Shown here piece after piece: positions 21,096 to 32,710 of a stretch of 64,000 bases of DNA (position 1 is its first letter; every line of letters begins with the position of its first letter). The stretch spans positions 496,001-560,000 of the forward strand of contig OZ037839.1 in the NCBI GenBank assembly GCA_964035575.1, written 5' to 3'. Below the pieces are notes generated by a model. The model searched no databases. It saw nothing but the letters and a program-made list of their open reading frames with translations, and was not told where the DNA came from. This DNA comes from Rhynchopus sp. YZ270_cl-10 (taxonomy: Eukaryota). The translations under genes were made by a program, and so were the position numbers.

Positions 21096-23705
21096 TTAGG
21101 GAGGAAGAGGAAGAAGAAGGGGGGGGGGGAAAGTGAAGGGTTCTGTGAAAAAAGGGTGAGTGAGTTGCGTCTAAACAAAATCTTAACGTTCACTGTCTAT
21201 TAATTCTAAAAAAGTGGGGTAAAAACCCGCCAAGGTAAATTGGGTAAGAGGTTGAAAAGTTGGAACACTTCTTCACCCCCACATCACACAAAAAAAATGG
21301 AAACTTCCCTTTAGAAGGATGCACTACGTTGTACTTCAGATGTCAAAGATTTCCCAGTGTGATGAAGTGTGGGTCCTCTGTGTGAAGTGCTCAGTGTGTG
21401 GTGAGGGGGCTGGGCCCCAGAAGATTGGCGCAGAACAGCACCTCGCCCCAATCAATCCTTACCCCCTCTATCAGACTCCGATCGCAGCGTTCCGGAGACC
21501 GAAGGAGCTCAGTGGTGGCCGAACGATGGAATCGTGGTTGGGTGTCCACGCACACCATGTAGATTGAGTAGATACTGACGACGACAATCTCACGCCTTGA
21601 TTGGACGGCAGAAAGCGGGGGTGGTGGGGTTGGAACCACACAGCAGCATCTGCTATGAGCGCATCTCAACACGGAAACGCATGGTGCCTAATGCTAATTA
21701 GAGTAGACAAATTTTTGTTCCTCCTTGAGAGCACTGATAAGCCAGAAAGAGAGAGGGTGTGAAAATCAATGCCTTTGTTTTACTCTAGTACCGGGGGAGG
21801 GGGTTGAGGAGGAGGAGGAGGAGGAGGAGGAGGGAGGCAAGATACAACAAAATAGCTTTCTTGTTTGTTTTTCACTTATCCTCACCCTGACACGTATGTG
21901 GAGTAGAAAAGACTCTAGGCTGACAGGTTGTTTATAAAAAGGGGTGGGAACACTGCGGTTTGTCAGAGTTGTTGCACCAAACCTGCCAAATATTTTACCC
22001 CAGTTCAAAAGTGTAGCCAAAAATGCAGTTCAATAGGTTCACCGAAGTGTTCTTCACACAAATCACCAAAACCCCCGAACCCCTCTTTTCATCCAGCTTG
22101 TCCTGCTCCTGTTTATGCTGCCCCCAACTCTCCAAATCCTCTTTTTGTTCCTCTTTTTTGTCCTCTTGTGTTTGCATCAATCCCTTCTCGCTCTTGTCCT
22201 GCTTTCAATGCAATACATTGTCTTGCACTTCCAGACACGTCTGTTCGTACTGCCTCAAAAGCTTCTATCCGCACATCTTCGAACTGTTCCGTAAACCTTG
22301 CGTAAATCTCACGCACACGTACATAGAAGGCCTCCTTGTAGGTGCTCATTCTAGGGTCTCCATTCGGGAGAGACAACATCTCGTCAATGTCGATGTTGCC
22401 TGGCAAGACGACTGTTGTGAGTGCGTTGCAGTTCACCAGGAAGCGGCGCTGGATCACTGTGTCCCTGCCAAAACCTGACATGTCCAGCGTGGTCAAGGAT
22501 GTGCAATCTTGCAGGAAACGATTCTCAATCTCCCTCACATTGCTCAGTCCTGATAAGTCTGCTGTTGTCAACGCGGTGCAGTCTTCCATCCACCTTTGCT
22601 CAATGTGTGTGATGCTGCTAAAAGCTGAGAGGTCGATACTTCCCAGCGAGGTGCAACCCCAGAGAAAGCAGTTACCTACCTTCGCAACGCTGTGCAGTGC
22701 TGTCAAGTCAATCGTTTTCAACGAGGTGCAGGACAAACAAAACTCGTTCCCAATTTCCGTCACATTCGTCATCCCTGAAAATCTCATGGTCATCAACGAC
22801 TTGCAGTTGCGGAGAAACTGGGAGTCGATCTTCGTGACACTGCAAAAAGCTGACAAATCAATGGTTCCCAACGAGATGCAGTTCAGGAGGAAGCTGTCCT
22901 CAATGTGCGTGATTCTGCGCCATCCTGAGATGTCAATCCTTTCCAACGACTCGCAGCATGCAAGAAAGTATGCACCAACCTTCATCACACTCGTCATATG
23001 GGATAAGTCAAGCTTTGTGACGCCACTTCCTCGGAGGAACGAGCTCCCTATCACCGTCACACCAGTGAACCCTGACACGTCAAGGCTTGTCAACGATGTG
23101 CAGCAATAGAGACAGTTATGCCCAATGTGCGTAACGTTGCACAATCCCGACAAGTCAACGGTTTCCACCGACGCACACCAGTAGAGGAAGTCGTCCTCAA
23201 TTCGTGTCACACCAGACACAGCAGAGAGATCAAGTCTCGTAAACGATGCATCGCTCAAGAAGTTGTTCGGAATAACAGTCGCAACCTCCGCCTGAAGAAG
23301 CAGAGAAGCCACCTCAGGATCCCTCACAGTCGCCAACCTCTCTTCGGTAAACGTTTTTTAAAAATAGGATGGAGCACCCCGGTCCGAAAAGGAATGCAGC
23401 CACCCCTGGCTTCAGGCTCGCGAACCCAGTATTGCAGTAACACTGGGTCTCACGGGCCAAAAACCGAACAAAGAAAAGGAAAATGTTTGGGTTCAGCGAC
23501 AGCGCCAATGGGCTGACGCGAGGCTGAACCAACTTAAAATAAAATAAAAAATCTTGTATCAACTTGAAAAGGAAAAGCAATGAACAGCAACAGAGCCATT
23601 TGGGCTTACGCGTCGCTATAGTAACTGAAAAACAATGTTTTAAAAACAAGAATGTCGTTGACCAAGATTGAAATACACGAAAAAGGTAAAATACTAAGAA
23701 TTGCC

Positions 23706-26700
23706 TCATATTCCATGGGCATCGTTTCTGATGTTGTAGTTTGTCTGCTGAGTGATCACGCGCCCCCCCTACTAGGGAGGTCTTAGGTTCATGCTTCGGC
23801 TAGCACGTAAAAGCTACCATGTCGCCGAAGTTAGCGGTCCTCGTATTCCATGAGGTCTTTCAGATGTTGTTGTTTGACTGCTGAGTGATCACGCGCCCCC
23901 CCTACTAGGGAGGTCTTAGGTTCATGCTTCGGCTTGCACGAAAAAAGCTACCATGTCGTCGAAGTTAGCGGTCCTCGTATTCCATGAGGTCTTTCAGATG
24001 TTGTTGTTTGACTGCTGAGTGATCACGCGCCCCCCCTACTAGGGAGGTCTTAGGTTCATGCTTCGGCTTGCACGTAAAAGCTACCATGTCGTCGAAGTTA
24101 GCGGTCCTCGTATTCCATGAGGTCTTTCAGATGTTGTTGTTTGACTGATGAGTGATCACGCGCCCCCCCTACTAGGGAGGTCTTAGGTTCGGGCTTCGGC
24201 TTGCACGTAGAAGCTACCATGTCGCCGAAGTTAGCGGTCCTCGTATTCCATGAGGTCTTTCAGATGTTGTTGTTTGACTGCTGAGTGATCACGCGCCCCC
24301 CCTACTAGGGAGGTCTTAGGTTCATGCTTCGGCTTGCACGTAAAGAACTACCATGTCGCCGAAGTTAGCGGTCCTCGTATTCCATGAGGTCTTTCAGATG
24401 TTGTTGTTTGTCTGCTGAGTGATCACGCGCCCCCCCTACTAGGGAGGTCTTAGGTTCATGCTTCGGCTTGCACGTAAAGAACTACCATGTCGCCGAAGTT
24501 AGCGGTCCTCGTATTCCATGAGGTCTTTCAGATGTTGTTGTTTGTCTGCTGAGTGATCACGCGCCCCCCCCTACTAGGGAGGTCTTAGGTTCATGCTTCG
24601 GCTTGCACGTAAAAGCTACCATGTCGCCGAAGTTAGCGGTCCTCGTATTCCATGAGGTCTTTCAGATGTTGTTGTTTGTCTGCTGAGTGATCACGCGCCC
24701 CCCCCTACTAGGGAGGTCTTAGGTTCATGCTTCGGCTAGCACGTAAAAGCTAACATGTCGTCGAAGTTAGCGGTCCTCGTATTCCATGAGGCATTTCTGA
24801 TGTAGTTTGTCTGCTGAGTGATCACGCGCCCCCCCCTACTAGGGAGGTCTTAGGTTCAGGCTTCGGCTTGCACGTAAAAGCTACCATGTCGCCGAAGTTA
24901 GCGGTCCTCGTATTCCATGAGGCATTTCTGATGTAGTTTGTCTGCTGAGTGATCACGCGCCCCCCCCTACTAGGGAGGTCTTAGGTTCAGGCTTCGGCTT
25001 GCACGTAAAAGCTACCATGTCGTCGAAGTTAGCGGTCCTCGTATTCCATGAGGTCTTTCAGATGTTGTTGTTTGTCTGCTGAGTGATCACGCGCCCCCCC
25101 CCTACTAGGGAGGTCTTAGGTTCATGCTTCGGCTAGCACGTAAAAGCTACCATGTCGTCGAAGTTAGCGGTCCTCGTATTCCATGAGGCATTTCTGATGT
25201 AGTTTGTCTGCTGAGTGATCACGCGCCCCCCCTACTAGGGAGGTCTTAGGTTCAGGCTTCGGCTTGCACGTAAAAGCTACCATGTCGCCGAAGTTAGCGG
25301 TCCTCGTATTCCATGAGGCATTTCTGATGTAGTTTGTCTGCTGAGTGATCACGCGCCCCCCCCTACTAGGGAGGTCTTAGGTTCAGGCTTCGGCTTGCAC
25401 GTAAAAGCTACCATGTCGTCGAAGTTAGCGGTCCTCGTATTCCATGAGGTCTTTCAGATGTTGTTGTTTGTCTGCTGAGTGATCACGCGCCCCCCCTACT
25501 AGGGAGGTCTTAGGTTCAGGCTTCGGCTTGCACGTAAAAGCTACCATGTCGTCGAAGTTAGCGGTCCTCGTATTCCATGAGGTCTTTCAGATGTTGTTGT
25601 TTGTCTGCTGAGTGATCACGCGCCCCCCCCCTACTAGGGAGGTCTTAGGTTCATGCTTCGGCTAGCACGTAAAAGCTACCATGTCGTCGAAGTTAGCGGT
25701 CCTCGTATTCCATGAGGCATTTCTGATGTAGTTTGTCTGCTGAGTGATCACGCGCCCCCCCTACTAGGGAGGTCTTAGGTTCAGGCTTCGGCTTGCACGT
25801 AAAAGCTACCATGTCGCCGAAGTTAGCGGTCCTCGTATTCCATGAGGCATTTCTGATGATGTAGTTTGTCTGCTGAGTGATCACGCGCCCCCCCTACTAG
25901 GGAGGTCTTAGGTTCATGCTTCGGCTAGCACGTAAAAGCTACCATGTCGTCGAAGTTAGCGGTCCTCGTATTCCATGAGGTCTTTCAGATGTTGTTGTTT
26001 GACTGCTGAGTGATCACGCGCCCCCCCTACTAGGGAGGTCTTAGGTTCATGCTTCGGCTTGCACGTAAAAGCTACCATGTCGTCGAAGTTAGCGGTCCTC
26101 GTATTCCATGAGGTCTTTCAGATGTTGTTGTTTGACTGCTGAGTGATCACGCGCCCCCCCTACTAGGGAGGTCTTAGGTTCATGCTTCGGCTAGCACGTA
26201 AAAGCTACCATGTCGTCGAAGTTAGCGGTCCTCGTATTCCATGAGGTCTTTCAGATGTTGTTGTTTGACTGCTGAGTGATCACGCGCCCCCCCTACTAGG
26301 GAGGTCTTAGGTTCAGGCTTCGGCTTGCACGTAAAGAACTACCATGTCGCCGAAGTTAGCGGTCCTCGTATTCCATGAGGTCTTTCAGATGTTGTTGTTT
26401 GTCTGCTGAGTGATCACGCGCCCCCCCTACTAGGGAGGTCTTAGGTTCATGCTTCGGCTAGCACGTAAAAGCTACCATGTCGTCGAAGTTAGCGGTCCTC
26501 GTATTCCATGAGGCATTTCTGATGTAGTTTGTCTGCTGAGTGATCACGTGCCCCCCCTACTAGGGAGGTCTTAGGTTCAGGCTTCGGCTTGCACGTAAAA
26601 GCTACCATGTCGCCGAAGTTAGCGGTCCTCGTATTCCATGAGGCATTTCTGATGTAGTTTGTCTGCTGAGTGATCACGCGCCCCCCCTACTAGGGAGGTC

Positions 26701-27725
26701 TTAGGTTCAGGCTTCGGCTAGCACGTAAAAGCTACCATGTCGCCGAAGTTAGCGGTCCTCGTATTCCATGAGGCATTTCTGATGATGTAGTTTGTCTGCT
26801 GAGTGATCACGCGCCCCCCCTACTAGGGAGGTCTTAGGTTCAGGCTTCGGCTTGCACGTAAAGAACTACCATGTCGCCGAAGTTAGCGGTCCTCGTATTC
26901 CATGAGGTCTTTCAGATGTTGTTGTTTGTCTGCTGAGTGATCACGCGCCCCCCCCCTACTAGGGAGGTCTTAGGTTCATGCTTCGGCTAGCACGTAAAAG
27001 CTACCATGTCGCCGAAGTTAGCGGTCCTCGTATTCCATGAGGCATTTCTGATGATGTAGTTTGTCTGCTGAGTGATCACGCGCCCCCCCTACTAGGGAGG
27101 TCTTAGGTTCATGCTTCGGCTTGCACGTAAAGAACTACTATGTCGCCGAAGTTAGCGGTCCTCGTATTCCATGAGGTCTTTCAGATGTTGTTGTTTGTCT
27201 GCTGAGTGATCACGCGCCCCCCCCCTACTAGGGAGGTCTTAGGTTCAGGCTTCGGCTTGCACGTAAAAGCTACCATGTCGCCGAAGTTAGCGGTCCTCGT
27301 ATTCCATGAGGCATTTCTGATGATGTAGTTTGTCTGCTGAGTGATCACGCGCCCCCCCTACTAGGGAGGTCTTAGGTTCATGCTTCGGCTTGCACGTAAA
27401 AGCTACCATGTCGTCGAAGTTAGCGGTCCTCGTATTCCATGAGGTCTTTCAAATGTTGTTGTTTGACTGCTGAGTGATCACGCGCCCCCCCTACTAGGGA
27501 GGTCTTAGGTTCAGGCTTCGGCTTGCACGTAAAAGCTACCATGTCGCCGAAGTTAGCGGTCCTCGTATTCCATGAGGTCTTTCAAATGTTGTTGTTTGAC
27601 TGCTGAGTGATCACGCGCCCCCCCTACTAGGGAGGTCTTGGGTTCAGGCTTCGGCTAGCACGTAAAAAGCTACCATGTCGCGAAGTTAGCGGTCCTCGTA
27701 TTCCATGAGGCACTTCAGATGTTGT
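23706..27725. repeat. Tandem array of 30 units of 130-136 bp (mean ~133)
   Basis: Marker ctactaggg counted 30 times from ~23769 to ~27624; variants (gtctttcagatgttgttg vs gcatttctgatgtag; gccgaag vs gtcgaag) are interspersed. Confidence 0.97.
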
Positions 27726-27744
27726 TCTTCTTTTTCTTCTTGTT

Positions 27745-27810
27745 CCGAGTCTTTGCCGCAGTCCACTGCGTTGCCCGGGGTCACCTCGTGGAGGTGCTCG
27801 GTAAAACCCC
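27745..27810 (-). ncRNA. HDV-like (delta-like) self-cleaving ribozyme, 66 nt
   Basis: GGGGUU-UUA-CCGAGC-ACC-UCCACGA-GGU-GACCCC-GG-GCAA-CGCAG-UGGA-CUGCG-GCAAA-GACUCGG. P1, P2 (one bulged A), P3, L3, P1.1, P4 and a C75-equivalent (plus-strand 27755) can all be assigned by hand. Confidence 0.85.
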
Positions 27811-27895
27811 AGTCGCCAACCTCTCTTCGGAAATGTCTGTCTCACCCAAGGCATGAAGTGTCTCAAGAGATTCGTACTTCATCGACTTCGTCAAC

Positions 27896-28749
27896 GTAGG
27901 GGTCCGTTTTAGGTCTCTGGCAGGCCGGGCCTTCTTTCTGTGACCTTCCCAACCAAAAGACCCCCAAAAAACACAGGTACCTGCTGCGTTTAATGGCACT
28001 TTACCCCAGTCCCTGGAACAGATCGGCAAGCCGACCAGCCCAGGTATGCATGCCAACACTACTGGGGGTGCACTGTTCGATAGCATAAAAGAAAAGTCAA
28101 AAAGTCAAAAAGACAAGAAGGTCAAACAAAATAGGTACTTCGAACAGGGCTGACAGGAGGGGATTCTCACCCGAGGTTCGGTGCCTGTCAGGCTGCGATT
28201 AGTGGTTCTGGGTGATTCCCTTCTTCCTAGCCACCGTTACCGCGGTGCCCGCACCGTAAGAGAGTGGGGACGGTTCACGACCGTTCGTACGCGTCAGCAA
28301 AAGTAGGGGTCGGAGTCCAGGCCCGAACCGGAAACATTAACCTCCGTTTTTCGAAACATTAAAAAGTAAAAATGAAAAAGAAAAATCAACAGCAAGAGCA
28401 GTGTTGCTGTAAAAGAAACAGCAGCACCGTCAGCTAACATGCCACACATTATGGCAGACGGCCACACAAAATTCCCCTGATTTGTACAGAGAAAGTTGTA
28501 ACTTCTTCCTTACAAGTAAGGGAGTGCCGGCAGGGAAGGAGTTACAACAAACAGTGAACAAACTCAAGTACCAGCCTTTCCGCGTAGCACAGACCCTACA
28601 TTTGGTAGTTGGTCTGCCCTACTGCCTCATCTGCACCGTAGCTGGACGCCACGACGACAACTCCTTCATCTATCAACGTACCAAAGCACGTGAAAATAGA
28701 ACAAAAACAAACACATTGGAAAAACAACAGAGCATGTACCTGCAGATCC
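27896..28749. mobile_element. 854-bp non-coding insertion with perfect 20-bp TSD, no TIR or poly(A)
   Basis: acttcatcgacttcgtcaac at 27876-27895 and 28750-28769; empty site in paralogs at ~38440 and ~55683. Confidence 0.85.
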
Positions 28750-29339
28750 ACTTCATCGACTTCGTCAACACGACTGTGTCTCCAGCACTCAGTTCTGTGA
28801 TGTCCTCTCCTTCCTCCTTCCCTCCGAAGCCCATGCGGAAGCTGTCTTCGCACAACCCTGTTGCAGACGCCACCTTCTGCCGCATCGTCTCCGTTGTGTC
28901 GTTCTCACCCACCTCAATCACAAATTTGTTTTCATCATATCCCTGCACACACAGTTCCATTGTTTCGAGTGAAGTGTTGCTCTGTTTTGGGGTGGTGTTG
29001 AGAAGGAGGAGGAGGGAGGCAAGATACAACAAAATGGGGGAATAACATGCTCGAGAGACTCGGGGTTGGCAAAGGAGAACTCTGTGGGATAAAGAGGGGA
29101 GAAGTTCACCAAAAAATATATCCGTTTCGCTTGATCAGATCTCGACCGTTTGTTGCATTGCACGCTTCCACCAAAAATGAAATACCCCCCCTTCTTTATT
29201 TATTCGTTGTTTGTTGTTTGTTGATCGCATCCATCCTCGTCCGTACTTCAGGAAAAGCACACAGCACTTTTGGTGGTATTGAAATGCCCTGTGAAACCGT
29301 CCGCACTTTTTTTTTTTTTTTTTTTTTCAAACCCCAAAA

Positions 29340-30320
29340 CATGGGGGGTGAAACATCTTTTCAGATGATGTGGAATCTTATCATCTTTTTCACATCGTGT
29401 CACGTCGTGAAAAAAAGGAAAAAAAAAAAAAAAAAAAAAGTGCTCGCACACGATCTGCAGCAGTTCTACTCAATATTTTTTCAGATGAGTCACCACCACG
29501 GTTCGCACGGATCGCGATCCGTCAACTGCGGTACTTTTCCGGGAAAAACAAAAAAAAAAAAAGTGGGGTGCGCACGGGGGTCGCGCTACGCCCCTACCGA
29601 CTACCGTAGATTTTTGACGATTTTGCTCGGTACGTTTTTCCTTACTAAAACCAGAGAATCTCATATTTCATAGTAAGAGTATTTCGGAGTGTTTTTGGAC
29701 ACACATGTGACCCCACCGTGGAGAGCAATCGGCTCGCGCAATCAAAAGAAAGCAGAGAAAAAGGAAAAAGAAAAAAGACAAAAGTTGGGTACCGTGCGCC
29801 TGCGGCGCTACTGTGTTCCCACTCAAAACACCACAATTTCATCTGAAGTTAGGTTTTCAAACCTGAAAACCCCTTGTTTACGAGTATGGGTTCATATTTT
29901 GCAAAAATTTAAGTCAATAAAATTTTGTCCATTTTTCCAAAATGACCCCACCACTTTCTGCAATCGCGCCGAATCGGACGATGCGATCGACAAAAACGCG
30001 TGATCTGGACCCCAAAATTTTGGTCAAAATCACGTGATCTGGGAACATGCTTGTTTTTGACCAAAGCAAAAAAAATTTCTTTGCCCTAAATCGGGCGTGG
30101 TAGGTGATACAATGGCCCAAAAAATCTAAAGAAAATCTCAGATTGACTTTTTCTGGAAAAAAATTTTCAAGTGAAAATTTCAGCCAAAAATACGGTCATT
30201 TTCACCTGATTTTTTTTTTTTTTTTTTTTTTTCATGACGTTTTTTTTTTCACGATCAAGAAACGAAGTTGTGAGAGATTTCCGAAATTTTAGATCGTGAT
30301 AAGATCTTTTACCCCCCATG
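29340..30320. mobile_element. 981-bp non-autonomous DNA transposon, TIR CATGGGGGGT(G/A)AAA(C/G)ATCTT, 6-bp TSD CCAAAA
   Basis: Empty site ttcaaaccccaaaagtcccg at ~751-770; filled site ccaaaa[catggggggt...accccccatg]ccaaaagtcccg. Confidence 0.85.
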
Positions 30321-30466
30321 CCAAAAGTCCCGAAAACCCCGAAAAACCCGCGTCCTGAAGTACGGTGGAGAGGTGGAGCACAAGGGGGGAAGGGGAAAAC
30401 GGTAAAACTCATGACAATCGACGAGCGCGTCTTTCATTTCCAGACGTATTGCATACTCGTACAAAA

Positions 30467-30762
30467 GAAAATAGCCGCACAAAAGCTTGAAAAAGGCTGA
30501 ACACTAACTCTCCCAAAAGTAGTACGTTGCATTCGGTTAATGATCTCTCTTTGTACTGTGCTTTGAACAGCGTTGGCCCTGGCTAGGACGGGCGCTTCAC
30601 ACCAGGAGCATAACACAACCAAAGGGGCCACCCCATGGGCTAGGACCGACTCCGGTCATGCAGCTCACAACTGGCAAAGAATAAACAACAGCGGAACAGT
30701 TGTGAAGGCTAAGGGCTAAGTCCGATGCGGGTACGACGCAGAAGCCGACATCAACACCACCA
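30467..30762. repeat. Repeat shared by the upstream flanks of LRR copies A and B (also ~38808-38915 and ~39032-39219)
   Basis: Near-identical aaaatagccgcac...gcgttgg and ccctggctagg...caccaccatc blocks. Confidence 0.85.
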
Positions 30763-31479
30763 TCAACTTTTATTTTTCCTTCCTTCAAAACTACACACAC
30801 AACGCTTTTGGTTTTTGGGAGACACACAAGGTGCCAGGTTCTATGATAAGCACGGAACCACCTTGCACCTGTTTGTCATATTGTTTCCCATGCAATACAT
30901 GGATAAACGTTTCGCACTCGAAACTAGGGAAACAATGACAACACAGGTGCAGGGGTTTTTGAATTTGCTGTATTTGCATATTTTTCTGCTTTATGACAAA
31001 GAACAAGAGATACGTAAGAAGAGCAGCACGCCGCTAGGCTGTGTATTGACAGAGCAAATAGAAACATGTATACATGTTCCAGAGAGGGAACCGAGAAGCG
31101 TCACAAGAAAGCGCTACGACGAGCGTAGCAGAAAAAATCGTAAGAAAGTCACAAGAGATGTTAGCAAGCATCCAGCACTCAATCCACTAAAGGACTACAA
31201 GAGCACTATGTAAGAGAAAAAACAACACTAACATTCATGGAGCCAGGGGAGCGAAGGGTGCACACGGCACCGAGAAAGAAACACGAAGGACACCCGAGTA
31301 TCCCGCACTCTGTCCTACGAGAGACCACCAGCTCTCTTCCCCGGACAGGCGAGCCCACAAGTGCTCTGTCCAATCCATGAGATCAACCAGGATCTTAACT
31401 TAAATACAGGTACAGACTCATTTGACTTTCATGCAGCGAAAAAGAATGGCAACAACAGTGCAAACAGCACCGGGAGAGA

Positions 31480-32710
31480 GCATCAAAAAACATCCGAGCA
31501 TCTAATACTCAAGTCAAGCAAGAGACCACAAGAACTCGTCACCTGGCTCAACCAAGAACTTAATCTCCACGCAGGGTTACCAAGTATAAAACTCATCAGT
31601 GTTCGCGGCGCAGAAGAAACAAACAAAATGCAAACAGCACATAGAAAAAACGTAAAACATGACACATATCCGAACATCAAATACTCGATCCACACAAGAG
31701 ATCACAAGAACTCATCACCCATGAAAGACTAGCCCCCTCGGCACTCAGTCTCACACTAGGGCTCAACCAAGAACTTTACTCAAGCAGGACCACCAAGTGT
31801 ACACTCATCCGCATTCATGTAGCAGGAAAGTAAGACAGAGCAAACAGACACAAAAAACATCCGAGCATAAATACAACGGTAATGCATGAGACCACAGAGC
31901 TCTACCCCTGGAGAGACAAGCCCAACTGGCGCACATCTCCTATCACCCGGGATCAACAAGCCTACAAGTGGCATCGAGACCTCTAACCCTGGAAAGATGA
32001 GCCCATACGGCACTCAGTCTCTTTATCACCCGGGATCAACAAGATCTCTACGCAAGCAGAACCAACCCATGCGAGAAGCCACAAGAACTCTAACCCTGGA
32101 GTCACCCGGGATCATCAAGAACTCTGCTCAAGTAGAGTATTAGCTCATCCGCTTTTGTGCAACAGGAAGAAACAAAACAGTGTACAAGTAACATAACAGA
32201 GCACAAACACCACAGAGAGAGCGAAAAATCCCCCGAGCAAGAACTCTAACCCATGAAAGACGAGCCCATCCGGCCCTCAGTCTTATCACCCGGGATCATC
32301 AAGAACTCTACTCAGGCAGGGCCGCCAGTATAAACTCATCAGTGTTCTTGTAACAAGACAGAAAAAACAGTACAAGCAGACACGAAAAACATCCGAGCAT
32401 AAATACAACAGTAATGCATGAGACCACAGAGCTCTACCCCTGGAGAGACAAGCCCATCTGGCGCTCATCTCCTATCACCCGGGATCAACAAGCCTACAAG
32501 TGGCATCGAGACCTCTAACCCTGGAAAGATGAGCCCATACGGCACTCAGTCTCTTTATCACCCGGGATCAACAAGATCTCTACGCAAGCAGAACCAACCC
32601 ATGCGAGAAGCCACAAGAACTCTAACCCTGGAATCACCCGGGATCATCAAGAACTCTGCTCAAGCAGGGTTACCCAGTATTAACTCATCCGTATTCATGT
32701 AACAGAGCAA
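31480..32710. repeat. Degenerate modular repeat region containing a direct duplication with ~532-bp period
   Basis: ~31855-32130 is repeated at ~32387-32662; recurring atcacccgggatca(a/t)caag and gaactctaaccc motifs. Confidence 0.85.

Larger units (their letters stand above)
23348..27810 (-). mobile_element. 4.46-kb non-coding retroposon-like insertion: 5' HDV-like ribozyme, 30 x ~133-bp tandem array, ~360-bp hairpin-rich 3' part; 20-21-bp TSD
   Basis: (c)agtcgccaacctctcttcgg is duplicated at 23327-23347 and 27810-27830. The paralog at ~55617-55637 shows the uninterrupted site. Confidence 0.85.
22113..28960 (-). pseudogene. Ubiquitin-like + BspA-type LRR gene copy A, split into three pieces (28960-28750, 27895-27811, 23347-22113) by two insertions, with premature stops near the C-terminus
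   Basis: The pieces are collinear with intact paralog 55896-54280. Beyond the TAA at 22113 the frame continues TGAGQAG*KEGFGGFGDLCEEHFGEPIELHFW, like the paralog's C-terminus. Confidence 0.75.

Noticed and set aside
23425..23449. U2 snRNA stem-loop IV-like loop TATTGCAGTA
   Set aside because: No other U2 features nearby; the sequence folds as a plain extended hairpin on the minus strand.
23706..27725. CRISPR array, 5S rRNA, tRNA or spliced-leader RNA array
   Set aside because: Units are whole-length repeats with no unique spacers and there are no cas genes. No 5S or cloverleaf features (aggtcttaggttca lacks a T-stem partner). Only a short TAAAAGCTAC resemblance to a recalled spliced-leader sequence.
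30577..30725. L1Tc/ingi-type 5' signature ribozyme (starts CCCTGGCT, later GGCTAAG)
   Set aside because: Could not assign P3/L3 or P1.1; the similarity is limited to the first 8 nt.
31585..32345. Hammerhead ribozymes (minus-strand CTGATGAG at ~31595 and ~32340)
   Set aside because: No downstream GAAA core or consistent three-stem junction.
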